NCBI GenBank assembly: GCA_002256205.1
Contig: NKIW01000011.1
Span: forward strand, 10,055-74,054
DNA from: Rhizobiales bacterium PAR1
GTDB lineage: Bacteria; Pseudomonadota; Alphaproteobacteria; Rhizobiales; Beijerinckiaceae
Length of the DNA: 64,000 bases
Direction of reading: 5' to 3'
This document shows, piece by piece, positions 47,107 through 56,894 of the stretch. Each line of letters begins with the position of its first letter. The first letter of the stretch is position 1. The position numbers and the translations under genes were made by a program. A model generated the notes under the pieces. It saw only the letters and a program-made list of their open reading frames with translations. It made no database searches and was not told the origin of the DNA.

Positions 47107-48210
47107 ATGGCGGGTGAAGCCGGGGCTGAGGCGGTGTTCGTCGCCATCCGCAATCTTTCCAAGCATTTCGGCGCGTTTCAGGCGCTGAAGGATATTCATC
47201 TCGACGTCAAACGCGGCGAATTCGTCAGCTTTCTCGGCCCCTCGGGCTGTGGCAAGACAACGCTCCTGCGCGCCATCGCCGGGCTTGATCGCCAAAGCGG
47301 CGGGACAATTGCGATTAATGGCCGCGATGTCTCGAACGCCCCGCCGTCGGAGCGCGATTTCGGTATCGTGTTCCAGTCCTACGCGCTGTTTCCGAACCTG
47401 ACGATTGCCGACAACGTGGGCTATGGCCTCGTCAACCAACGCCGCTCCAAGGCCGAGATCACGGCGCGCGTTGCCGAGTTGCTGGCGATGGTCGGGCTTT
47501 CCGGCCAGCTCACGAAATATCCGGCGCAGCTCTCAGGCGGCCAGCAACAGCGTGTCGCACTGGCGCGGGCGCTCGCGACCTCCCCCAGCCTGCTTCTGCT
47601 GGATGAACCGCTTTCCGCGCTCGATGCGCAAGTGCGCCTCCGGCTGCGCGAGGAAATCCGCGATGTGCAGCGCCGCCTCGGCGTGACAACCTTCATGGTC
47701 ACGCACGATCAGGAAGAGGCACTCTCGATGGCCGAGCGGATCGTGGTGATGAACCACGGCGTCATCGAGCAGATCGGCACGCCGGAGGAAATCTACCGCA
47801 ACCCGGCGACAACCTTTGTCGCGGAATTTGTCGGCCGCATCAGCCTGCTGCCGGGCGTGGCGCATGGTATCGACGCCGTGGAAATGGCGGGGCGGCGGTT
47901 TCTCGCCACCCGCGCAGCGGAGATCGCCGATGGCGCGGCTGTTGAGGTCGGAATCCGCCCCGAAGCGATCCGCGTCCGCGGTGTCACCGGCTCGGAGCCG
48001 AATGCCTTGCCGGTCCGGATCACGGATCTTGAATTCCTCGGTGCCTTCTGCCGCGCAACACTCGTTGCGGAAGGCGCGCCCGGCCTCACGCTGATCGCCG
48101 ACTTCTCGGCCAACCTCCTGCGTGACCTCGGCCTGCAACAGGGGGCAGCTATCACGGTCGATTTGCCCGCCGACGCTTTGCGGGTCTTCCCAGCACGAGC
48201 TTCGGCATGA
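47107..48210 (+). CDS. Putative 2-AEP ABC ATPase (PhnT2-like)
   Basis: [37 protein letters not shown]. Confidence 0.88.
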   Translation: MAGEAGAEAVFVAIRNLSKHFGAFQALKDIHLDVKRGEFVSFLGPSGCGKTTLLRAIAGLDRQSGGTIAINGRDVSNAPPSERDFGIVFQSYALFPNLTIADNVGYGLVNQRRSKAEITARVAELLAMVGLSGQLTKYPAQLSGGQQQRVALARALATSPSLLLLDEPLSALDAQVRLRLREEIRDVQRRLGVTTFMVTHDQEEALSMAERIVVMNHGVIEQIGTPEEIYRNPATTFVAEFVGRISLLPGVAHGIDAVEMAGRRFLATRAAEIADGAAVEVGIRPEAIRVRGVTGSEPNALPVRITDLEFLGAFCRATLVAEGAPGLTLIADFSANLLRDLGLQQGAAITVDLPADALRVFPARASA

Positions 48211-49892
48211 GCGGCGATGCGCGCCTTCGTCGCCCCCTGATCCGCGAACAAACAGTCGCGACGCTGCTGGTTCTCGCGCTGATCATCGTTCTGGTGCTGA
48301 TCATTGCGCTGCCGCTGTGGTCGCTCCTGTCGAAGAGCCTGCAGAACGCCTCCGGCGGCTATGTCGGCCTTGCCAACTTCGCGACCTATTTCGCAACACC
48401 CTCGATGGTCTCGGCGTTGTTCAACAGCCTTGGCGTCGCGCTGATGACGACACTGCTCGTCGTGCCACTTGCCTTCGCTTATGCCTATGCGCTCACCCGC
48501 AGCCGCATGCCGGCAAAGGGCGTTTTCATGGGCATTGCCTTGTTGCCGATCTTTGCGCCCTCGCTTCTGGGCGCGATTTCGCTGATCTATCTTTTCGGCA
48601 ATCAGGGTGTGCTCAAGGGGTTGCTGTTCGGTCATTCGATCTACGGCCCAATCGGCATTGTCTTCGCTGAAGTCTGCTACTGTTTTCCTCATGCCGTGAT
48701 GATCATCGCGACCGGTCTGCGCCTCGCGGATGGGCGGCTCTACGAGGTCGCAGAAGCGCTCGGCACCAAGCCGACACGCGTGTTCTTCACCATCACCCTG
48801 CCGGGCGTGCGCTATGCCGCGATCAGCGCCGCCTTTGTGGTCTTCACGCTGGTGATCACAGATTTCGGTATTCCCAAGGTGATCGGCGGGCAATTCACGG
48901 TGCTCGCGACCGATGCCTACAAGCAGATCGTCGGGCAGCAGAACTTCGAGATGGGCGCAGTCGTCGGCCTCATTCTGCTGGTGCCGGCAGTGCTGGCGTT
49001 TTTTGTCGACCGGCAAATCCAGAAGCGTCAGGTGGCGCTCCTCTCGGCGCGCGCGGTGGCCTATGAGCCCAAGCCCGCCCCGATGCGTGATGCCCTGCTG
49101 CTCGCGTTTTCGTCCGTCATCGGCCTTGTGCTCGTTGCGATGCTCGGCATGGCGATCTGGGCCTCATTCATCCGCTACTGGCCCTACAATTTGTCGCTGA
49201 CCCTGGCGCATTACAATTTCGGCGAGTTCGAGCCGGGCGGCTGGGAGCCTTATCTCACTTCGCTTGCCATGGCGGGCTGCGTGGCGACCTTTGGCACGGG
49301 ACTCGTCTTTCTCGGCGCCTATCTCGTCGAAAAGACCAAAGTGCCGATGCCCCTGCGCAGTCTCGCGCATTTTCTCGCCATGTTACCGATGGCGGTTCCG
49401 GGGCTGGTGCTCGGCCTTGGCTATGTCTTTTTCATCAACGCCAAGAGCAGCCCGTTTGGATGGCTCTATGGCACGCTCGCGGTGCTAGTGATCAACACTA
49501 TCGCGCATTTCTATACCGTCGGACACATTACAGCAACGACCGCGCTCAAGCAGATCGACGGCGAGTTCGAAGCGGTTTCCGCCTCGCTCAAGGTGCCGTT
49601 CTGGACCACCTTCCGGCGTGTGACGGTGCCGATTTCGATGCCCGCGATCCTCGACATTGCGGTCTACATGTTCGTCAACGCACTGACGACGATTTCCGCC
49701 GTGGTGTTCCTCTACGGCCCTTCAACCAAGCTGGCCTCGATCTCGATCATTCACATGGATGAAAGCGGCGCGACGGCCCCCGCCGCCGCCATGGCCACCT
49801 GCATCGTGCTCACCGCGATCGGAGCCAAGACGCTGCATGTCGTGCTGGACCGATTAGTGTTCAGCCGCCTGCAGGTGTGGCGGAAGCGATAG
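48207..49892 (+). CDS. Putative 2-AEP ABC permease, duplicated domain (PhnU2-like)
   Basis: Two permease repeats; TDFGIPKVIGG, QQNFEMGA, AHFYTV, FVNALTT. Confidence 0.87.
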   Translation: MSGDARLRRPLIREQTVATLLVLALIIVLVLIIALPLWSLLSKSLQNASGGYVGLANFATYFATPSMVSALFNSLGVALMTTLLVVPLAFAYAYALTRSRMPAKGVFMGIALLPIFAPSLLGAISLIYLFGNQGVLKGLLFGHSIYGPIGIVFAEVCYCFPHAVMIIATGLRLADGRLYEVAEALGTKPTRVFFTITLPGVRYAAISAAFVVFTLVITDFGIPKVIGGQFTVLATDAYKQIVGQQNFEMGAVVGLILLVPAVLAFFVDRQIQKRQVALLSARAVAYEPKPAPMRDALLLAFSSVIGLVLVAMLGMAIWASFIRYWPYNLSLTLAHYNFGEFEPGGWEPYLTSLAMAGCVATFGTGLVFLGAYLVEKTKVPMPLRSLAHFLAMLPMAVPGLVLGLGYVFFINAKSSPFGWLYGTLAVLVINTIAHFYTVGHITATTALKQIDGEFEAVSASLKVPFWTTFRRVTVPISMPAILDIAVYMFVNALTTISAVVFLYGPSTKLASISIIHMDESGATAPAAAMATCIVLTAIGAKTLHVVLDRLVFSRLQVWRKR

Positions 49893-49934
49893 CGTTTGCG
49901 AGCGAAGTGGGCACCGGTTCGCATGAAGCAAACG
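49891..49934. repeat. Degenerate Rhizobiales interspersed palindromic repeat
   Basis: AGCGTTTGCGAGCGAAGTGGGCACCGGTTCGCATGAAGCAAACG with nested inverted arms (CGTTTGC/GCAAACG, GCGAA/TTCGC). Recalled as resembling the GAGCGAAGTGGATACCGGTTCGCG repeat of Bradyrhizobium-like genomes. One copy here, between convergent genes. Confidence 0.6.
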
Positions 49935-49965
49935 AGCCAAAGACCGAAAAACGGATCATCGCCCC

Positions 49966-50811
49966 CTACTGCAACCGGATCAGCACCAGCCCTGTCACGA
50001 TCAGCACGGCGGCGATGATCCGGTTGAGGCGTAGCGGCTCCTTCAGGAATACTACCGCAATCACCGCGCCGAAAAGAACGCTTGTTTCACGCACGGCCGC
50101 CACGAGCGGAATCGGCGCCTTGGTCATCGCCCAGACAGCGATGGAATAGGCGGAAAACGCGAGCGTGCCACCCGCAATCCCCGGTCCGGCAAAACCGAGC
50201 ATCGGCTTGAGGCCCTTCGGACCGCGCAGGATGAGCGCCAAAAGCGTGATGATGCCGCCATCGAGGATGAACATCGCCGCCATATAGGCAAAGACATTGC
50301 CCGAGGCTCGGGCGCCCGAGCCATCGGTGATCGAATAGCCGCAGATCATCACCGCCGTCAGCCCCGCCACCATCAGAGCGGCGCGATCCAAATGCGCGCT
50401 CTCGGAGGCCTTGCGCATCGACATCGTGAAAATGCCGATGCCGAGGATCGCAATCCCCGCCGCGCCAACCGCCGAAAGCGGCTCACCGAGCAATGCGACC
50501 GAGAAGATCGCCGTCAGCAGAGGCGCGGAGCCGCGTGCGACCGGATAGACAAGGCTCATATCCGCGAGGCGATAGGCCTGCGCAAGGAGGAGGTTATACG
50601 CCGTGTGCAGCGCCGCCGAAGCCGCAAGCCAAGGGTAGCTTGACGGCGCAGGCCAGCCGAACCAGTAGAGCGCGGGCAGGGCGATGATCCCCGCGCAAGC
50701 ATTGATCAGCACCATCGCGAGGAAGGGGTCGAGCCGGATCTTGAGCAGGGCATTCCAGCTCGCGTGCATCGCGCCCGCCGCGATGACGGCCAGAAAGATC
50801 TCGAGCGACAC
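49966..50811 (-). CDS. EamA/DMT family transporter
   Basis: HASWNAL, VYPVARGSAP, VAAVRETSV; about 10 TM segments. Confidence 0.9.
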   Translation of the reverse strand: MSLEIFLAVIAAGAMHASWNALLKIRLDPFLAMVLINACAGIIALPALYWFGWPAPSSYPWLAASAALHTAYNLLLAQAYRLADMSLVYPVARGSAPLLTAIFSVALLGEPLSAVGAAGIAILGIGIFTMSMRKASESAHLDRAALMVAGLTAVMICGYSITDGSGARASGNVFAYMAAMFILDGGIITLLALILRGPKGLKPMLGFAGPGIAGGTLAFSAYSIAVWAMTKAPIPLVAAVRETSVLFGAVIAVVFLKEPLRLNRIIAAVLIVTGLVLIRLQ

Positions 50812-50814
50812 GCC

Positions 50815-52488
50815 TTACCCCCTGAGCCGCGATTGGCGGATTTCGCCGAGGGCCTCGAGGATCGGATGCGCGACCGAGACGATATGAGCATTGATACGCT
50901 TCATGTCGCGCAACATATCGAGGTGCAGCGCGCTCGTTTCGATCGAGGCGGCCGTGCCTTCGCGGAGCCGGGCGAGATGCTGTTCGGTCGCGGATTTCTC
51001 CGCTTCCCGGATCAAATCCTTCTCGTTGACAAGTTCGCGCGCCATCGCCGCATCCTTCGTCATGAAGACGGTCATCGCCAGCGTCATCTGGCGCACGATG
51101 CGGGCGTGAAAAATGGTGAGTTCACTCCAGCCAGCCGCCGAAAAGCTCATGGCATAGCGCTGCTTCTTGGCGGCGAGTTCAAGGAGGTTTTTGTCGATGA
51201 TATCGCCCACGGCCTCAAGATTGGTCGTGAAGAGAATGAGATCAAAGGCCCGGCGCGCGTCATCCTCACTCAGTGGCTGGCGCGTGAGACGGGTCAGATA
51301 GAGCTTGATCGCCTCCTGAAGCGTATCCACCTCATCGTCGAGCTTACGGATGGCAAGGCGACGCTTGTCATCATTGTCGGTGAAGGTGTGGATGGTATCC
51401 GAGAGCATGGTTTCGACACGTTCGGCGAGCCGCATCACCTCGCGCGAAGCCGCCCCGAGCGCCAGCGCCGGCTGATCGAGCAGGGCCTCATCAAGGTGGA
51501 GCGGGCGGCTGACCCCCGCATCATGGCCAGGATCATCCGGCATGGTGCGGTTCAGCAAAGCGGCGACCTTCTCGCTGAAGGGCAGGAAGACAAGCGCCAG
51601 CACCACATTGAACAGCATATGCGCGCTGGCGATCGCGCGTTCCGGGCTCGCCATGCCAGTGGAAACCTGGGCAGAGAGTGTCGAGAGGAACATCAGCGCC
51701 ACAACCGCGCCCACTAGGCGGAACAGGAAGTTCCCGACGAGAATTCGCCGCGCAACCTGCGGCTCGCGCCAGCCCAGACCCAGCGGAATGAGCCCGGCAC
51801 CGATATTCGCGCCGAGCAGCAGAGTGAGCGCTAGCGGGAGGGTCACAATTTCCGAGCCCGCAAGCGCCATGATAAACAGCACCATAGCCACACTGGAATG
51901 CAGTAGCCATGTCAGGCCGGCGGCGAAGATCACCGTCAGCACCGGCTCGCTGCCGAGGTGGCCAAGGAGATAAGTGATCGTCTCGTGCTGGCGCATCCCG
52001 GCGCTCGTCCCGACGATCATGCCGAGCGAAAGGATCATCAGCGCGAGGCCGATAAAGATACGCCCGGCCTGCCGCACCGTCGCATTGCCAGAAAGCATGA
52101 ACATCCCGACCCCGAGGAGCAGCAGAACGGGAATGAAGCTTTTGAGATCGAAGCTCAGTGCCTGAACCACCAGCGTCGAGCCGATATCGGCACCGAGCAT
52201 CACGGCCAGCGCTGGCCCCAGCGCGATCAACCCGCGCGTTGCGAAAGACACCAGCAGCAGCGCCGTCGCTGTCGAGCTTTGCAGTGCCGTCGCGACGACC
52301 ACACCAAGTCCGCAGGCGCGGAAGCGATTCTCGGTCGCCAGCTGGAGCAACGCGCGCAATTCCTCGCCGAAGGCCCGGAGAACGCCTGTCTTGACCAGTC
52401 GCGTCGACCAGAGCAGGAGCGCAATGCCGCCGAAAAGATTGAGAAGCAGCGAGCCGCCGTTATTCACCCGTTCCGCCACCCTTTGCAC
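50815..52488 (-). CDS. Na/Pi cotransporter (NptA/YjbB) with C-terminal PhoU domain
   Basis: LQSSTAT, LGADIGST, LHSSVA, LGANIG; PhoU-like ETSALHLD..RDMKRINAH. The start may be GTG 52467. Confidence 0.9.
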   Translation of the reverse strand: MQRVAERVNNGGSLLLNLFGGIALLLWSTRLVKTGVLRAFGEELRALLQLATENRFRACGLGVVVATALQSSTATALLLVSFATRGLIALGPALAVMLGADIGSTLVVQALSFDLKSFIPVLLLLGVGMFMLSGNATVRQAGRIFIGLALMILSLGMIVGTSAGMRQHETITYLLGHLGSEPVLTVIFAAGLTWLLHSSVAMVLFIMALAGSEIVTLPLALTLLLGANIGAGLIPLGLGWREPQVARRILVGNFLFRLVGAVVALMFLSTLSAQVSTGMASPERAIASAHMLFNVVLALVFLPFSEKVAALLNRTMPDDPGHDAGVSRPLHLDEALLDQPALALGAASREVMRLAERVETMLSDTIHTFTDNDDKRRLAIRKLDDEVDTLQEAIKLYLTRLTRQPLSEDDARRAFDLILFTTNLEAVGDIIDKNLLELAAKKQRYAMSFSAAGWSELTIFHARIVRQMTLAMTVFMTKDAAMARELVNEKDLIREAEKSATEQHLARLREGTAASIETSALHLDMLRDMKRINAHIVSVAHPILEALGEIRQSRLRG

Positions 52489-52739
52489 GGCTATCCTACG
52501 CCATGGAGAGCGCGGAGCAGCCGGATCAAGCCTTTGAAAACAATGGCGGATATTGAATCGGCCATCTCCTGTTCGCGGGCATGATGAGCATAAGCAGCCA
52601 CGCGATCAAGGGTAGCGACCCGAAATGGGACAAATTATTTTGACGGCTACACAAAAAACGCATTGCCAGCCGGTTTTCGCCGCGCATGATTGTGCCGGAT
52701 CGAAGGGTTTCAAACGATAAACAGTCCGGGAGGGACGGT

Positions 52740-54107
52740 ATGGCGGGAATGCTGGATTTTGGAACGCTGAAGGCGGCTGTTGCCTCGGGTGAGATCGATA
52801 CGGTTCTCGTCTGCATGGTCGATATGCAGGGGCGCCTCATCGGCAAGCGGTTCCATGGCGAGTTCTTCGTCAACGGCGGCCATGAGGAAACTCATGCCTG
52901 CGATTACCTCCTCGCCGATGACATCGATATGGAGCCGGTGCCAGGCTATAAGGCCGCGAGCTGGGAGAAAGGCTACGGCGACTTCGTGCTGAAGCCGGAT
53001 ATGGCGACGCTGCGCCGCCTGCCATGGCTCCCCGGTACCGCCATGGTGCTCTGCGACGTGCAGGACCACCATCACCACGATATTCCCCATTCGCCGCGCG
53101 GCATTCTCAAGCGACAGCTTGCCCGGCTTGAAGAACGAGGCATGCGCGCCTTTTTTGCCTCGGAGCTGGAATTCTATCTCTTCGACGAGAGCTATGAGTC
53201 CATCCGCGCCAAGCGTTACCACGCGCCGAAAACCGCTGGCGAATACATCGAGGACTACCACATTCTCCAGACCTCCAAGGAAGAGGATGTGATGCGCGCC
53301 GTGCGCAACGGCCTCGCGGGGGCCGGTATTCCGGTCGAAAATTCCAAGGGCGAATGGGGTCCGGGGCAGGAGGAAATCAACGTCCGCTATGCCGATGCAC
53401 TCGACATGGCGGACCGCCACGTCATCATCAAGAACGGGATCAAGGAAATAGCTTGGGGTAAGGGCAAGGCCGTGACCTTCATGGCAAAATGGCGCGCGGA
53501 CCTTGCGGGCTCTTCCAGCCATGTCCATGCCTCGCTCTGGAGCAAGGACGGCAAGACTCCGCTCTTCCTCGACAAAAGCGCCGAATACGGCATGTCCAGC
53601 CTGATGCGCTCTTTCGTTGCCGGGCAGATCAAATACGCGAAAGACATGACCGTGTTTCTCGCGCCCTACATCAACTCCTACAAGCGCTTCATGGCCGGCA
53701 CTTTCGCGCCGACCAAGACGGTATGGAGCCGGGATAATCGCACCGCCGGTTTCCGTCTCTGCGGGGAGGGGACCAAGGGCATCCGCATCGAGTGCCGCAT
53801 TGGCGGCGCGGACCTTAACCCCTACCTCGCCTTCGCCGCGCTGGTTGCGGCGGGCCTTGCCGGCATCGACGAGAAGCTCGAACTCGGTGCCCCTCACGGC
53901 GGCGACGCCTATGGCGGCAAGCGCCTGCCGGAAGTGCCGAAGACCTTGCGCGACGCCACCGAAGTGCTCGACAAATCAAAGTTCATGCGCGCCACCTTTG
54001 GCGATGACGTCGTCGATCATTACGTGCATACCGCGCGCTGGGAACAATCCGAATTCGACAAGAAGGTCACGGATTGGGAGCTCTTCCGCGGCTTCGAGCG
54101 CTACTGA
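52740..54107 (+). CDS. Glutamine synthetase-like gamma-glutamyl-amine ligase
   Basis: DMQGRLIGKR, SELEFYLF, KGEWGPGQEEIN, GSSSHVH, DNRT, ECRIGGADLNPY. Confidence 0.9.
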   Translation: MAGMLDFGTLKAAVASGEIDTVLVCMVDMQGRLIGKRFHGEFFVNGGHEETHACDYLLADDIDMEPVPGYKAASWEKGYGDFVLKPDMATLRRLPWLPGTAMVLCDVQDHHHHDIPHSPRGILKRQLARLEERGMRAFFASELEFYLFDESYESIRAKRYHAPKTAGEYIEDYHILQTSKEEDVMRAVRNGLAGAGIPVENSKGEWGPGQEEINVRYADALDMADRHVIIKNGIKEIAWGKGKAVTFMAKWRADLAGSSSHVHASLWSKDGKTPLFLDKSAEYGMSSLMRSFVAGQIKYAKDMTVFLAPYINSYKRFMAGTFAPTKTVWSRDNRTAGFRLCGEGTKGIRIECRIGGADLNPYLAFAALVAAGLAGIDEKLELGAPHGGDAYGGKRLPEVPKTLRDATEVLDKSKFMRATFGDDVVDHYVHTARWEQSEFDKKVTDWELFRGFERY

Positions 54108-54122
54108 TTTATTGGAAAAACC

Positions 54123-55508
54123 ATGACTGAGATCACCTGTATTTCTCCCATCGATGGCAGCGAAGTCGCGCGCCTCAAGGTCGCCTCCGGCGCCGAAATT
54201 GCTGGTGCGGTCGCCGCAGCGAGGAAGGCGCAAGCGGATTGGAAGAAGCTCCCGATTGCCGAGCGCGCGGCTTTCCTCACCCGCTTCGTTGACGCGATGC
54301 TGGCGATGAAGGACGAGATCGGCCCCGAGCTCACCCGCATGATGGGTCGCCCGATCCGCTATGCGGCGGGCGAACTGAACGGCTTTGCCGAGCGCGCGCG
54401 GCATATGATTGCCATTGCAGAAACCGCGCTGGCGCCGGTCAAGCCGGAGGCGAAGGAAGGTTTCACCCGCTATATTCGCCGCGATCCCGTGGGTCTCGTG
54501 TTGACGATCGCGCCGTGGAATTACCCGTACCTCACGGCGGTGAATACGGTGGTTCCCGCACTGATGGCAGGCAATGCGGTGATCCTGAAACACGCCGCAC
54601 AGACGATCCTCGTCGGCAAGCGTTTCCAGATGGCGGCGGATGCGGCGGGCCTGCCGAAAGGCCTCTTCCAGTGGCTCGTGCTCGGCCATGAGGATACGAC
54701 GAAGCTCATCGCCTCTGGTGCGATCGATCATGTCGCCTTCACCGGTTCGGTTGAGGCTGGACGTGCGATCGAACATGCAGCGGCAGGCACTTTCGCTTCC
54801 GTCGGCCTTGAGCTTGGCGGCAAGGATCCGGCCTATGTGCGGGCCGATGCGGACCTTCAGCAGGCCATCGATACGGTGGTCGATGGCGCCTTCTTCAACT
54901 CCGGGCAGTGCTGCTGCGGGATCGAGCGCGTCTACGTTCACAAGGACGTCTACGCCAAATTCGTCGAGGGCGCGGTGGCGCTGACACAAACCTATGTGCT
55001 CGGCAATCCGCTGGAGGAAGCCACGACACTCGGCCCGATGGCGCAGCTGCGCCTTGCCGAAACCGTCCGCAAACACAACGCGGATGCGCTCGCCAAGGGC
55101 GCGAAAGCCCATCTCGACCCCAAGGCCTTCGCAGCGGACAAGGCTGGCACGCCCTATCTCGCGCCGCAGATTTTCACCGGTGTTGATCACTCGATGCTGG
55201 TGATGAACGAGGAAACCTTCGGCCCGGTCATCGGAGTCATGCCCGTTGCCTCGGATGAAGAGGCCATCCGGCTGATGAATGACAGCCGATACGGCCTTAC
55301 CGCGGCACTGTTCACGCGCGACGAGGCGGCAGCGGAACGCATCGGCGAGGCGCTTGAAACCGGCACTGTGTTCATGAACCGCTGTGACTACCTCGACCCC
55401 GGTCTCGCCTGGACAGGCGTCAAGGAAACCGGGCGCGGCGCGAGCCTTTCGAGCCTTGGCTATGAGAGCCTGACGCGGCCGAAATCCTTCCATCTGAAGA
55501 AACTTTGA
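54123..55508 (+). CDS. Aldehyde dehydrogenase family protein
   Basis: APWNYP, FTGS, LELGGKDP, GQCCCGIER, EETFGPV. Confidence 0.94.
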   Translation: MTEITCISPIDGSEVARLKVASGAEIAGAVAAARKAQADWKKLPIAERAAFLTRFVDAMLAMKDEIGPELTRMMGRPIRYAAGELNGFAERARHMIAIAETALAPVKPEAKEGFTRYIRRDPVGLVLTIAPWNYPYLTAVNTVVPALMAGNAVILKHAAQTILVGKRFQMAADAAGLPKGLFQWLVLGHEDTTKLIASGAIDHVAFTGSVEAGRAIEHAAAGTFASVGLELGGKDPAYVRADADLQQAIDTVVDGAFFNSGQCCCGIERVYVHKDVYAKFVEGAVALTQTYVLGNPLEEATTLGPMAQLRLAETVRKHNADALAKGAKAHLDPKAFAADKAGTPYLAPQIFTGVDHSMLVMNEETFGPVIGVMPVASDEEAIRLMNDSRYGLTAALFTRDEAAAERIGEALETGTVFMNRCDYLDPGLAWTGVKETGRGASLSSLGYESLTRPKSFHLKKL

Positions 55509-55517
55509 GAGACGATC

Positions 55518-56669
55518 ATGCAGCTTCGCGGCAACTGGAACTACCCGACCTCCATCAAATTCGGTGCGGGCCGCATCGCGGAACTCGCCGAAGCAGTCAA
55601 GGCAGCGGGAATCAGCCGGCCTCTGCTCGTCACCGACCCGGTGCTCGCCAAGCTGCCGATGGTCGCGGCGGCAAAGGCACAACTCGATGCGGCGGGCCTG
55701 CCCTGCACGGTCTTCTCGGACGTGAAGCCGAACCCGGTCGCGGCGAATGTCGAGGCCGGCATCGCCGTGCTGCGTGCCGGCAAGCATGACGGGGTTGTCG
55801 CGTTCGGCGGCGGCTCGGCGCTCGATGCCGGCAAGGTCATTGCCTTCATGGCCGGCCAGACCCGCCCGATGTGGGATTTCGAGGATGTCGGAGATTGGTG
55901 GACCCGCGCCGACCCAAAGGGCATCGCGCCGATTATCGCCGTCCCAACCACTGCCGGTACAGGTTCCGAGGTTGGTCGCGCCGGCGTCATTACCGATGAG
56001 GCGACGCACACCAAAAAGGTGATCTTCCACCCTTTGATGATGCCGAAGACCACGATCTGCGACCCGGAACTCACGGTTGGCATGCCGAAGATGATCACCA
56101 TCGGCACCGGCATGGATGCCTTCGCCCATTGCCTTGAGGCCTATTGCGGACCGTTCTACCACCCGCTCGCGGACGGTATCGCGCTTGAGGGCATGCGCCT
56201 TGTGAAGGAATATCTCCCGCGTGCCGCGAAAGACGGCACCGATCTTGAAGCGCGGGCGCAGATGATGTCCGCCGCCGCGATGGGCGCTACAGCGTTCCAG
56301 AAGGCGCTGGGCGCGATCCATGCGCTCAGCCATCCGGTCGGCTCGCTCTACAATACCCATCACGGCATGACCAACGCGGTCTTCATGCCCTATGTGCTCG
56401 AGTTCAACCGCCCGGTAATCGAGGAGAAGATGGGCCGGGTCGCGGCCTATCTCGGCCTCGGGACGACCTATTCAGCGTTCTATGATTTTGTGATGCAACT
56501 CCGGCGCGATCTTGGCGTGCCGCACACGCTGCCAGAACTCGGCGTCACGGACCCGGATATCCAGCTCATGGCGACGATGTCCCCGAACGACCCGACAGCC
56601 GGCGGCAACCCGGTTCTCCTCGACGAATCCGCCGCGCGGATGCTGTTTGAGCAGGCCATGCGGGGATAA
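55518..56669 (+). CDS. Iron-containing alcohol dehydrogenase
   Basis: GGGSALD, PTTAGTGSE, GMDAFAHCLE, HALSH, HHG. Confidence 0.94.
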   Translation: MQLRGNWNYPTSIKFGAGRIAELAEAVKAAGISRPLLVTDPVLAKLPMVAAAKAQLDAAGLPCTVFSDVKPNPVAANVEAGIAVLRAGKHDGVVAFGGGSALDAGKVIAFMAGQTRPMWDFEDVGDWWTRADPKGIAPIIAVPTTAGTGSEVGRAGVITDEATHTKKVIFHPLMMPKTTICDPELTVGMPKMITIGTGMDAFAHCLEAYCGPFYHPLADGIALEGMRLVKEYLPRAAKDGTDLEARAQMMSAAAMGATAFQKALGAIHALSHPVGSLYNTHHGMTNAVFMPYVLEFNRPVIEEKMGRVAAYLGLGTTYSAFYDFVMQLRRDLGVPHTLPELGVTDPDIQLMATMSPNDPTAGGNPVLLDESAARMLFEQAMRG

Positions 56670-56711
56670 CACCACCACTATTACCCATTCGACATCATGT
56701 TGTTGAGGATC

Positions 56712-56748
56712 AATGGCCTCGCCCTCCGGCGGGGCCATTTCCTTTTGA
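56712..56748 (+). terminator. Intrinsic terminator of the GS-ALDH-ADH operon
   Basis: AATGGCCTCGCC-ctcc-GGCGGGGCCATT followed by TCCTTTTG. Confidence 0.65.
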
Positions 56749-56826
56749 GTGCCTGCTCGGGGAAATTCGGGAACTCCTTCCTGTCTGCGGAATTGATCGA
56801 ACGCAAACATATTCAAGAGGCTTTAC

Positions 56827-56843
56827 ATTAGAAAGATTCCAAA
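56827..56843. promoter_or_regulatory. Iron control element (ICE, Irr box)-like site
   Basis: ATTAGAA-AGA-TTCCAAA versus the Rhizobiales ICE consensus TTTRGAA-N3-TTCYAAA (one mismatch), 51 bp upstream of the ATPase start. Confidence 0.7.
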
Positions 56844-56894
56844 CTAGGCGTCGTGCCTGATCCATTGCTCTTGCCTGCCGAAAGGATTTTCCTC

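Noticed and set aside
54073-54088. Third parS-like hit ATTGGGAGCTCTTCCG
   Set aside because: Only 10/16 match, not palindromic, and explained by the W-E-L-F codons of the GS-like gene.
56472-56816. Minus-strand 114-aa ORF and a possible metal riboswitch ahead of the P-type ATPase
   Set aside because: The ORF crosses a terminator and overlaps the Fe-ADH with no recognisable motif. No yybP-ykoY or NiCo consensus was visible; the ICE box explains the region better.
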